From a virus, in the IMG/VR virus record IMGVR_UViG_3300015371_000001, positions 77,277 to 141,276 of that record: 64,000 nt of DNA, one strand, 5' to 3'. The translations under genes and the position numbers were made by a program. The notes beneath the pieces were generated by a model. It searched no databases and was not told the DNA's origin. It saw nothing but the letters and a program-made list of their open reading frames with translations. Each line of letters starts with the position of its first letter. Position 1 is the stretch's first letter. Below, one piece after another: positions 1 to 8,810 of this stretch.

Positions 1-442
1 GTACTTGGCACGTCCAGCGGTTTCACATGTCACTAGGTATGAGTTCCTGGACGATCCCAACCCGGCGAAGGACGACTCGGAATCCAACTTCGGCTTGGTT
101 CGTACTGACGTTGTCGGCAACACCTCGGGCTGGACGTTCAAGCCGGAGTACAGCACGATGCAGGACTTCCTGGGGACTCTGAAGGACACTGCTGGGAGCT
201 ATGCGCCTCCTCCGATCCCGCTTCAGGTGACGGCTGGCGCGAATGAGATCGACTACATCGTCACCAAGACGACGACCGGCCACAACTTCTTGTGGGTGTG
301 GCGTCCCGACACCACCGTGTGGAACATCAGCACGCTGGCCAACATCTCTGTCCCGAGCATCCCGGTGACGTACACCACGCAGCTTGGCACCTTCCAGGTG
401 AACGTCGCTGGAGCCGCCGTGAAGGTCGACTTGGGGTTCTGA
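1..442 (+). CDS. C-terminal part of a glycoside hydrolase (GH-A clan-like), probably virion-associated; runs off the window start
   Basis: YEFLDD..ESNFGLVRTD..FKPEY resembles the last strand region of GH5/GH39-like TIM barrels, followed by a beta-rich tail; abuts the tail gene. Confidence 0.55.
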   Translation, partial: YLARPAVSHVTRYEFLDDPNPAKDDSESNFGLVRTDVVGNTSGWTFKPEYSTMQDFLGTLKDTAGSYAPPPIPLQVTAGANEIDYIVTKTTTGHNFLWVWRPDTTVWNISTLANISVPSIPVTYTTQLGTFQVNVAGAAVKVDLGF

Positions 443-443
443 C

Positions 444-3400
444 ATGGCCATCTCACTAGTAGGAGTCACCAACGCGCCAGGCGCGACGGCGGCGGTCACG
501 ACGTTCGCCACCAACGTTCCCGCAGGCGTGGCGAATGGCGATCTCCTGCTGTGGACGCTGGTCACCAACAGCATCAACCCCGCGACAGCGCAGGCTGGGT
601 GGAGCACCTGGTCGACGGGGACGACGACAGGTCTGAGCCAGACGACGTTCTGGCGGTACGCCTCCTCTGAGCCAGCGAGCTACACAGCCACGGGGCTGGG
701 TTCTGGTCGTTGGGGTGGCGCGATGGTGGCCTACCGAGGCGTCGACCAGACGACGCCTCAGGACATCAGCTTCCCTGCTTCGAACCAGGGCACGACGGCG
801 ACGACGTATCCACAGGTTTCACCGATCACCTCGGGAGCCTGGATCGTTCCGATTGGCTCGATTGTTGGTCCGTCAGCCGTGGTTGATGTCACCTGGGTGG
901 CAGGGAACGTCGATGTACTCGACACCGACGCTGGATCGAACACCGGCTCGACCAACGAGTTCGTCTGCCACGGGCACGAGTTGTGGACCTCCGGCTCCTT
1001 TACGCCGACCGGTCCTACGACTGGCACCACGTCGACCCGGACTTTGGGTACGACGACGGTCATCCGGCCTAGCGTTGGGGCGAGCAACGCCGTCGATCAC
1101 CCGACTAGTGCAACGTTCGGTGGTCCGGCTGAGGTTGTGCTGATCGAGACGATTGACATTGTCACCACCGCAGGGGCGACAGTCTCGGTTGGTAACCCGA
1201 GCCGTGAGATCGTGCAGGTCGTCTCCGCTGGCGACACCGTCGTCATTGACCGGCCAACTGCCTTCACTGTTGGAGAGGGAGCGACTGAGACAGTTTCGGC
1301 TCCGGTCATCCCGACGGTGTCGGTGATTGATACGCCAAACGGCGTTCTCATTGGAGGTCGTAGCTCTGGTGAGGCTGTTGATCAGGGCGTCACGATCACC
1401 CCAGCGCCAGGTACCGGTACCGGGCTGAACGTTGAGGTACGCCGATACCTCGATGATACGAATTGGGTCCTGATCGAGTCCTCCACTACTGAGCGCAAGG
1501 GCTACATCAGCGTTGAGGCATCGCTGTTGTACGACGAGCCGGGATTCATGAACCTGGTGGTCGACTCACAGTGCGCGGCAGAGCAGGGCTTGGCAGACCA
1601 GGTCGTGATCGGTATTGGCTTGATCTACCCGCAGTCGGCCAGTCAAGAGTTCGCTCGGTACACCATCGAGTCCAGCCAGAAGGAGGTTCTGTTCGATGGC
1701 CGGGTGGCCTGGACCTTCAGTGGACGGAGTTTCTTCGCTCGGCTAGAGGATGCCAAGGTCTACCCGAGCGCCTGGCCGAGCCCGATTCCCGCAGGGCACG
1801 GCTTCGTGAACGCCACGGCTGGCACCCAGATGCGTACGCTCGGGGCTCGTGCGCAGGAGCGTGGCACGATCATCGATCTGGACTTCGAGACCTTCACAGG
1901 CGTCAAGACTTCAGACAACCAGGCGTGGGACAAGATCACCTCGGTCGAGTTCGGCAGTGGTCAGTCGTACCTCGAAGCGCTCCAGGACATGATCACCAAG
2001 GGTCTGTGCGAGGCAGAGATGGTGGGCAAGTCCCTCCGGCTCTACAACGCCGACTCGACGCTCTCGGTGCATCACAGCGACATCTTCTTCCAGAGCGGAG
2101 ACAACCTCGCGCAGATGGACCGGGAGACCGACTCTCGGGATCTCGGCAACGTCATCCTCATCGAGGGCGACCAGGGAGCGGCGCAGGAGTACGTCGATAC
2201 CGGGGCCGTCAACAACTTGGGTCGTCGACGTGAGCGCTACGTCAGTCACGGCGGCATCACCGACACCGGCACGCTGAGGGTGCTGGCACAGGCAGAGGCC
2301 GACCAGTACAAGCAGGTCCTCGAAGAAGTCAACATCGAGATCGCTGAGTTCGCGGACTACCCCCAGCCGTTCAAGGACTACAAGCCTGGCCATTGGGTGT
2401 GGCTCCAGCGCGACACCGGGTACCAGGAAGTCCGCGTCCGGCAGTTGTCGGTGTCGGCTTCGGGCGACAAGGTCAGTGCCGCTGTCACGCTGAACGACAA
2501 GATCGCCGAGCAGTTGCTTGTGCTCCAGCGCAAGATCGACGCGATCACGGGAGAGACGCAGTACGGCGCGATCTCCAACCCCGACAAGGCAGACACCTCG
2601 ACCCCGAGCCCGCCGCTTGGGGTGACGCTGACTTCGTCGGCCTACACCTTGCCGTCCGGTACGACCAATGCGCAGATCACCGTGCAGTGGCTCGCGCCGG
2701 TCACCAACATCGATACGACGACGTTGGACGACCTGGGTGGCTTCGACATTCAGTACAAGCTGGGCACTGAAGCCTGGACCCCGATGGGCGAGGTTGACTC
2801 AGCTACGTTGTCGGCGTACGCCAGCGGCCTGCCGACGGGGAAGCAGGTGCAGGCTCGGGTCCGGGCCAAGGACACGAGCATTCACGTCTCGGACTGGACG
2901 TTCTCGAACACCACGACGACGGCAGGGGACGGAGATCCCCCTGACCAGCCATCGACTCCGGTGGTCTCCTCGGCTCCGTTGGCGCTGCGGGTCGATTGGG
3001 ATGGGCTGTCGGCGACCGGTGGCTCGATGCCGAACGACGTGTATCAGGTGTGGGTCTGCGCTTCCAAGACATCTGGGTTCATTCCGAGCGCAGCCAACCG
3101 TCAGCAGATCATGGGCAAGGGTCAGCAGACGGTCTACCTGATTGACCTGGAGTACGGCGCGACGTACTACGTCCGGCTGGTCGCGATTGACTTCATGGGC
3201 AACACCTCGCCTCCCTCGAACGAGGGCAGCGCTGTCATGCCACAGATCCACACCGAGGATGTGGCCGACGGGCTGATCACTGAGTTGAAGCTGGCGCAGA
3301 ATGCCGTCACGACCGACAAGATCTTCCCGGAGGCTGTGACCACCGAGAAGTTGGTGGTCGGTGCCTTCGCTCCGACGGCGATCCCCAACGCCGGGTTTGA

Positions 3401-5693
3401 GGATGCGAAGTCAGGCAACCCGACCGAGCCTGCCGCTTGGTTCCGGAACGGTCAGGTAGGAGCCGGTGTCCCGATGGTGCGGGATACCTCCAGCCCGATC
3501 TCTGGTGGTGCCAGTGTCCGACTGGACCCGACGCCTACAGACGGCCAGACGATTGTCTCCTCGCCCATTGACGTGACACCTGACACTGCGTACCAGGTGT
3601 CCGTTCGGTTGAAGTCCAGCAACGACCCGCCGACGACCACGCCACCATCGCCTCAGACGGTGGGCACGGTTGCTTCCGGTACGGCGGGTGTGACCCCAGG
3701 GCTCCCTTCAGGTACGTCGACCAACGACATCCTCTTGCTCTACACGCAGTGCGCCGGAGGAGAGACGGTTGCGACACCGTCGGGTTACACGCTGGAGGCG
3801 TCCTCCTCGGTGGGCAGTGGTGCTACCGGCACCAAGGCGCAGTTGTTCTGGAAGCGCGCAGGTGGCTCGGAGACGGCCCCAACGATTGCTGACCCAGGAG
3901 ATCACGTCATCGCCATCATGCAGCGCGTGAGCGGCTGTGTGACGACAGGAAGCCCCTTCTCTGGCACTTCGGTGGCCAGCAATGAGGGCTCTGCCGATAC
4001 CTCCGGCACCGTGACCGGCATGACGACGTTGCACAACAACACGTTGGTCATGTCGTTCACTACTGGTCAGCGCACGGTGGCAGCCGACGGTACGACGGAG
4101 TATTCGGCGTACGCCAACTCGGACCTCGCTTCCATCACGGAGTACATCGACCAAGTCCGGAACATCGGAATCGATGGCTCGATTGGTGTGGCTGGCGGTG
4201 TGGTCTCCGCTGCCGGAATGGTCGGCGACACGACGTACACGCAGGCTGGTGCGGCGCTCAAGGCGAGCATCATGTTCGCTCTGCAACCTGTTCCGATCAT
4301 CGGTAGCGTCAACGTCAAGGTCGAAGTCCAGACGGCCCCGAACGAGACTGGTTTGGACACGGCACCGACGGTCCAGACGATCTACGCCTCGGGTGCAGGC
4401 ACGACACCGATCACCGCAGAGATCGACGGTGGAGTATCGATCCCGAGTACGCATAAGTTCGCCAGGATCGCGCTCACTGGAAACCCGTTGGCCAGCCCGT
4501 ACTCGGTCTGGTTTGACGATGTCGTCTTGGCCAAGATCGTCGGCACCGCGCAGATCGCTAACCTGGCTGTGATTGACGCCAAGATCCAGAACATGTCGGC
4601 CAGCAAGATCACGGTCGGCACGCTCCTGGCAGACATCACGTTGTCGGCCAGGATCAAGACAGCCGATGTAGGCCAGCGCTTCGAGGCCAACACCACGGGC
4701 GCGCAGGTCTACCGTTCCGATGGCACCAAGGCGGCGGAGTTGTCGCCGTCGCAGTTGGCTACCTTCGCGATGGACGGCACGACAGCACTGTTCCAGGCGC
4801 TCTCGTCTACTGGCGCGATCATCCTTCGGTCGGGAACCAGCGGTCCTCGCATCGAGATCAACTCAACGGTGGACGCGGCGAGCTTCCGGCTCTACACCGG
4901 CTCAGCGGACCAGACGGCGACTCCGGCCAAGATCACCACGGACTTCAATGACGCTGCGAGTCCTCGTGAGGCCGAGCTAGACATCATCGGCCCGAACATC
5001 GGCCAGGACATCCCGCCGAAGATCGTGTTGCTCGGGAAGAAGGAGCTTGTCGGCGGTAACCCGAACAACAACACGGTTCAGGTCACTGGTGTCCGATCCT
5101 TCAAGGTGACGACGGCTAATCACGCGACTGATGCGATCTTGGTCAACGAGCAGACCGAGCGTGTGAACGTCGAGCCGCCGTGGGTCCTCCACACCCGCGA
5201 CATTGCGTCGGACTCCTACATCGGTATGTCCGGTGATAGCTGGAATATGCGAGCTAGGAACCCACCGAGCGCGCCGGGTGCGTGGGGTCAGTGGTGGGGC
5301 ACCAATGGCAACGTCGCGATGACGCTCGGCGGTGATGACTCGGTCCGTTCAACCAACGCCGCAGGTGGAACGTTCAAGCCGATGCAGGCCAGTGCGTACC
5401 AGACGCCTTCCGACATCAACATCAAGCGCAAGGTCAAGGACCTGCCTGCGGGGCAACTGGAGAAGCTGAAGAACCTCCGTACCATCAGCTTCGAATACAA
5501 GAACGACCCCGAGCAGGGCACCAAGCGTGGAGTCGTCGCGCAAGAGATCGCGGAGCACATCCCAGAGGCGCACTACGTCAACGACGAGGGCGCGCAAATG
5601 GTGGACATGATGGGTCTGACGACCACCATCTTGGAAGCCATCAAGGAGTTGGCCGTCCGGATTGAGGTACTGGAGGAGAACAATGGAGCTTGA
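444..5693 (+). CDS. Large minor tail protein / central fibre with Fn3-like domains and C-terminal peptidase S74 chaperone domain
   Basis: 1749 aa; siphovirus minor-tail core (GNVILIEGD..RRERYV), Fn3-like W/Y repeats, IPNAGFE CBM-like domain, C-terminal SDINIKRKVKDL..GVVAQEI..coiled coil. Confidence 0.85.
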   Translation: MAISLVGVTNAPGATAAVTTFATNVPAGVANGDLLLWTLVTNSINPATAQAGWSTWSTGTTTGLSQTTFWRYASSEPASYTATGLGSGRWGGAMVAYRGVDQTTPQDISFPASNQGTTATTYPQVSPITSGAWIVPIGSIVGPSAVVDVTWVAGNVDVLDTDAGSNTGSTNEFVCHGHELWTSGSFTPTGPTTGTTSTRTLGTTTVIRPSVGASNAVDHPTSATFGGPAEVVLIETIDIVTTAGATVSVGNPSREIVQVVSAGDTVVIDRPTAFTVGEGATETVSAPVIPTVSVIDTPNGVLIGGRSSGEAVDQGVTITPAPGTGTGLNVEVRRYLDDTNWVLIESSTTERKGYISVEASLLYDEPGFMNLVVDSQCAAEQGLADQVVIGIGLIYPQSASQEFARYTIESSQKEVLFDGRVAWTFSGRSFFARLEDAKVYPSAWPSPIPAGHGFVNATAGTQMRTLGARAQERGTIIDLDFETFTGVKTSDNQAWDKITSVEFGSGQSYLEALQDMITKGLCEAEMVGKSLRLYNADSTLSVHHSDIFFQSGDNLAQMDRETDSRDLGNVILIEGDQGAAQEYVDTGAVNNLGRRRERYVSHGGITDTGTLRVLAQAEADQYKQVLEEVNIEIAEFADYPQPFKDYKPGHWVWLQRDTGYQEVRVRQLSVSASGDKVSAAVTLNDKIAEQLLVLQRKIDAITGETQYGAISNPDKADTSTPSPPLGVTLTSSAYTLPSGTTNAQITVQWLAPVTNIDTTTLDDLGGFDIQYKLGTEAWTPMGEVDSATLSAYASGLPTGKQVQARVRAKDTSIHVSDWTFSNTTTTAGDGDPPDQPSTPVVSSAPLALRVDWDGLSATGGSMPNDVYQVWVCASKTSGFIPSAANRQQIMGKGQQTVYLIDLEYGATYYVRLVAIDFMGNTSPPSNEGSAVMPQIHTEDVADGLITELKLAQNAVTTDKIFPEAVTTEKLVVGAFAPTAIPNAGFEDAKSGNPTEPAAWFRNGQVGAGVPMVRDTSSPISGGASVRLDPTPTDGQTIVSSPIDVTPDTAYQVSVRLKSSNDPPTTTPPSPQTVGTVASGTAGVTPGLPSGTSTNDILLLYTQCAGGETVATPSGYTLEASSSVGSGATGTKAQLFWKRAGGSETAPTIADPGDHVIAIMQRVSGCVTTGSPFSGTSVASNEGSADTSGTVTGMTTLHNNTLVMSFTTGQRTVAADGTTEYSAYANSDLASITEYIDQVRNIGIDGSIGVAGGVVSAAGMVGDTTYTQAGAALKASIMFALQPVPIIGSVNVKVEVQTAPNETGLDTAPTVQTIYASGAGTTPITAEIDGGVSIPSTHKFARIALTGNPLASPYSVWFDDVVLAKIVGTAQIANLAVIDAKIQNMSASKITVGTLLADITLSARIKTADVGQRFEANTTGAQVYRSDGTKAAELSPSQLATFAMDGTTALFQALSSTGAIILRSGTSGPRIEINSTVDAASFRLYTGSADQTATPAKITTDFNDAASPREAELDIIGPNIGQDIPPKIVLLGKKELVGGNPNNNTVQVTGVRSFKVTTANHATDAILVNEQTERVNVEPPWVLHTRDIASDSYIGMSGDSWNMRARNPPSAPGAWGQWWGTNGNVAMTLGGDDSVRSTNAAGGTFKPMQASAYQTPSDINIKRKVKDLPAGQLEKLKNLRTISFEYKNDPEQGTKRGVVAQEIAEHIPEAHYVNDEGAQMVDMMGLTTTILEAIKELAVRIEVLEENNGA

Positions 5694-5916
5694 GTCGAGT
5701 GAGGCGTTCCTGCTTGACCAGACGCAGGTGTTCATCGCGCAGATCGAGGAGTGTCAGGCGATGGTGCAGCACGCCGTGGCTCGGTCGGCTCACAACGCGG
5801 CGCTGGCCAGTCACTACCGGACTGAGTTGACCAAGACGAAAGAGGCGTTGCAGGAAGCTCAGACCCTCCTCGCCACGCTCCGTGGCACCCCGGATACCAG
5901 CGACACCGATAATTAA
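5683..5916 (+). CDS. Small coiled-coil protein after the tail gene
   Basis: GGAGGAG SD then ATG at 5683; helical sequence. Confidence 0.65.
   Translation: MELESSEAFLLDQTQVFIAQIEECQAMVQHAVARSAHNAALASHYRTELTKTKEALQEAQTLLATLRGTPDTSDTDN
5906..5912 (+). promoter_or_regulatory. Putative late promoter -10 element CCGATAA
   Basis: Matches the sigma-28/WhiG -10 core (GCCGATAA); one of five copies, all at gene boundaries. Confidence 0.6.
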
Positions 5917-5980
5917 GGCGTGTTCCCCCCGCTCTAGACCTTGGTGGGGGAAGCCGAGGTGTCCCGTCTAGGAGGCTGGG

Positions 5981-6388
5981 GTGAGAAACAAGTGGCTGCG
6001 CTGGGCGATGGTTGCGGTGTTGCCGGTCTCCATGTCCGCCATTGGGCTGGTCTACATCTTCGGGGACCCCGAGAGGACGACAAACTCCGTGGCCTACGAC
6101 GTGCATAAGGCGGTACTTCCGGTTCCGGTGTGGGGATTGTTCTTCCTGGCCATTGGGCTCTGGGAGTTGGCGGCTGCCGTCTTGAAGAACCAGTCACAGA
6201 TGGTCCTAGCTAAGAGTGCCGGTGCTGGTTTTTGCTTCCTGTGGGCGTTGATGTTGGCCGGTAGCTTGCTGTTGAACCCGGACGAGGCTCCTCTGATTGC
6301 TCCTCTGTTGTTCTTGATCGTAGGTTTGTACCATCTTGTCGTTGCCGGTGTTCTCCTGCGTGACCCTGACGTGATGAGCGGGGAGTAG
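5981..6388 (+). CDS. Four-TM membrane protein (holin-like); paralog of 27296-27733
   Basis: Four hydrophobic segments; shared VLP..IGL..FGDP.R..WG..FL..G..EL.A pattern. Confidence 0.75.
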   Translation: MRNKWLRWAMVAVLPVSMSAIGLVYIFGDPERTTNSVAYDVHKAVLPVPVWGLFFLAIGLWELAAAVLKNQSQMVLAKSAGAGFCFLWALMLAGSLLLNPDEAPLIAPLLFLIVGLYHLVVAGVLLRDPDVMSGE

Positions 6389-6745
6389 ATGAACCCCCAG
6401 ATCTTCAGCTATGTCGGCCTGGTCCTGGGCATCCTCGGGTTTGTTGCTGCTGGCTTGGTTTACTTCCGTGGAGCTTGGGATAAGGCCACGATCTCCAGCT
6501 TGAAGGAGTCTCGGGATGCGCTGCTTGTCTTGGACAAGCAGAAGGGCGACCAGATCGAAAAGTTGTCGAACCGGGTCGATCATCTAGAGACGGAGAACCA
6601 GCTACTCACTGCGCTGACCACCAAGGCACCGGACGTGGAGCGCCTGACCGAGACGCTGGAAGGTTACACCGAGGCCGTTGAGTCACAGACCAAGATGATC
6701 CAGGTGGGGCTGGGCAAGGTGCTGGAGGCGATCAATGGCCAGTGA
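6389..6745 (+). CDS. Single-TM coiled-coil protein (lysis-cassette-like)
   Basis: N-terminal TM followed by heptad coil. Confidence 0.7.
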   Translation: MNPQIFSYVGLVLGILGFVAAGLVYFRGAWDKATISSLKESRDALLVLDKQKGDQIEKLSNRVDHLETENQLLTALTTKAPDVERLTETLEGYTEAVESQTKMIQVGLGKVLEAINGQ

Positions 6746-7190
6746 GCGTGATCTGACCACCAAGGTCCTGGAGAAGGAGCAGGAAGTCCTGCACCTGGAG
6801 CGCCGGAAGGAACTGCTCCGACGCGCGTGGCGCATCATCGTGGTGGTGCTGGCTTGCGGACTGGTCGTTCTTTTGTCGTCCGTACTGCTGAAGATTAAGG
6901 ACGCGGCTGAGTCGGCGGAGCACGCAGCCAAGTCAGCCGACGAGACGACCGCGATCATCAAGTCCTGTACGACGCCCAACGGGAAGTGCGCCAAGGAGGG
7001 ACAGGAGGCGCAGCGTGATGCTATCGGCAAGATCGGTGAGATCATCTACTTCTCGGCCATCTGTCAGACGCAGTTGGAGCACGAGTTCGAGCCGAACAAT
7101 TACCCGGACAGTAAGTTGATCGATTGTGTAGCTGCGAAGCTGTTCCCGGCGCAGGCACGGGATGGTTCTGTCTCAAACAGCGAAGGATAG
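6735..7190 (+). CDS. Single-TM protein with Cys-containing outer domain
   Basis: TM then IKSCTTPNGKC motif, a type seen near actinophage lysis genes. Confidence 0.7.
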   Translation: MASERDLTTKVLEKEQEVLHLERRKELLRRAWRIIVVVLACGLVVLLSSVLLKIKDAAESAEHAAKSADETTAIIKSCTTPNGKCAKEGQEAQRDAIGKIGEIIYFSAICQTQLEHEFEPNNYPDSKLIDCVAAKLFPAQARDGSVSNSEG

Positions 7191-7226
7191 TTGGCAGTAC
7201 TGAGGAGTAGGTTCTACCCTGGCAGC

Positions 7227-7526
7227 ATGAAGCGTGTGCTCATCGGAGCGGCGCTCGCAGCTACCGCTCCCCTCATCATGACATCTCCGGCCCAAGCGGA
7301 CACGGAGAACTGCGCCTCTATGGCGGAGTACGACCAACTCCACTCTCTGATGTCTCCGGGATCGGTTTCGGCGTTGTTTGACATCGACGGCTGGTACATC
7401 GGCGAGAACGACAACGTGTTCAAGCGCGGCTACAAGCCGTGCTGGAACCCCGATGACAAGAAGATCGTTGTGGCCTACGACATCGATACGGCGCTGTCTG
7501 TTTGGTGGGACGTTCGCGACCGGTAG
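7227..7526 (+). CDS. Secreted small protein, copy 1 of a tandem pair
   Basis: Signal peptide MKRVLIGAALA..AQA; near-identical to next gene. Confidence 0.75.
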   Translation: MKRVLIGAALAATAPLIMTSPAQADTENCASMAEYDQLHSLMSPGSVSALFDIDGWYIGENDNVFKRGYKPCWNPDDKKIVVAYDIDTALSVWWDVRDR

Positions 7527-7552
7527 TGGTACGGTCCTTCTAGGATTGGCCC

Positions 7553-7852
7553 ATGAAGCGCGTCCTCGTGGGGGCGGCGCTTACGGTGATTGCTCCCGTA
7601 CTTGTCTGTCCGTCAGCCCAGGCGGACACGCCGAACTGTGCGTCGCGCCTGGAGTACACCGTCTTGCATCTGCTGATGTCTCCCACCTCCGTGGCGAACC
7701 TGTTCGATGTCTCCGGCTGGCGGATCGGGGAGACCGACAACGTGTTCAAACGGGGGTATAAGCCATGCTGGGCTCCCAAGCGCAAGAAGATCGTGGTCGT
7801 CTACGACATCGACACCGGGCTCTCCATTCGGTGGCACATTCGCGACCGGTGA
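7553..7852 (+). CDS. Secreted small protein, copy 2 of a tandem pair
   Basis: Same 99-aa length; shared DNVFKRGYKPCW and KKIVV.YDIDT. Confidence 0.75.
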   Translation: MKRVLVGAALTVIAPVLVCPSAQADTPNCASRLEYTVLHLLMSPTSVANLFDVSGWRIGETDNVFKRGYKPCWAPKRKKIVVVYDIDTGLSIRWHIRDR

Positions 7853-7853
7853 T

Positions 7854-7860
7854 CCGATAA
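7854..7860 (+). promoter_or_regulatory. Putative late promoter -10 element CCGATAA
   Basis: Directly after a stop codon, upstream of holin-like gene. Confidence 0.6.
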
Positions 7861-7905
7861 GCCTTGTTGAGGCTGGGCAACCTGCTCGGCACCGGGAGGT
7901 ATCGG

Positions 7906-8283
7906 ATGGATAGTCAACTCGGAGGAGAGCCGGTCACCCTGACGACGGCGCTCCAGGCGTTGCTCGCCGCCCTGGTGGCGTGGAACACCTTCGACCTGTC
8001 CCAGGAGCAGGCCGGTCTCATCATGGCCGTCGCTGCGGCTGTGATCGCGGTCTATCGTGCCTGGGTCACTCGGGACACGATCCTGTCGGTCGGCCTTGGA
8101 GCAGTGAGCGCCATCATCGCGCTCGCGGCTGGGTACGGATACGTCCTCACCGACAATCAGATGGCGGCGGTGACCGGACTGGCAGCCGTGATCATCGGAC
8201 TCGTCCAGCAGAATCGGACTGATCCGCTGGCATCTCCAACGTTCGCCAACGGTGCTGCGGCAGGCCCCAGATACGGCACGTAA
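7906..8283 (+). CDS. Holin-like membrane protein
   Basis: GGGAGG SD; EPV start, internally repeated two-TM unit (LSQEQAG / LTDNQMA), like actinophage holins. Confidence 0.7.
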   Translation: MDSQLGGEPVTLTTALQALLAALVAWNTFDLSQEQAGLIMAVAAAVIAVYRAWVTRDTILSVGLGAVSAIIALAAGYGYVLTDNQMAAVTGLAAVIIGLVQQNRTDPLASPTFANGAAAGPRYGT

Positions 8284-8301
8284 GCACTGCGTTGTATGGC
8301 G

Positions 8302-8338
8302 TCAGCCCCGTGTCCCTCTCGGAAGGACACGGGGCTGA
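8302..8338 (+). terminator. Stem-loop terminator ending the tail/lysis unit
   Basis: 14-bp perfect stem TCAGCCCCGTGTCC / GGACACGGGGCTGA. Confidence 0.75.
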
Positions 8339-8377
8339 TGGTTGCCTATCGGACAACAACGATGTAATTCTTAGGGC

Positions 8378-8770
8378 ATGACGAAGCAGCTAATGGTTGA
8401 GGTTGAGCCTTTTGCTGCTGTTCGAAACCAGGCGCTCATGGCCTTCGGAGAGGACCCGGCCTACGCCGTCTCGATGGCGAAGCAGGCCAACACGATCCTC
8501 AACAAGCGGGCGGTGTGGCAGCTTCGCCTGGAGCTACGGGAAGCAGAAGCCAAGGCTCGGACGCTGTGTAATGCGTCCGGGTCTTTCGTATGTCGGGCTA
8601 CGACTCCATGCGGGACCGGGGACTGCAAGTTCGCTGTCGGCGACTTGACGCTCCTGGAGGTGGACGACCCCACGGGGGACACCAGACGGCCACAGCGGAG
8701 TCAAGCCGGTCCGTACTCACTGGAGTCTGCCTTGCCGTCGCTCAAAGCGCTCCGGTCCTCGGCGGCGTAG
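8378..8770 (+). CDS. Hypothetical protein
   Basis: ORF fills the gap; Cys cluster; no family recognised. Confidence 0.5.
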   Translation: MTKQLMVEVEPFAAVRNQALMAFGEDPAYAVSMAKQANTILNKRAVWQLRLELREAEAKARTLCNASGSFVCRATTPCGTGDCKFAVGDLTLLEVDDPTGDTRRPQRSQAGPYSLESALPSLKALRSSAA

Positions 8771-8810
8771 AACAGCAACACTTTTGGAACGGCCCTAGGT
8801 ATCAGTGAGT

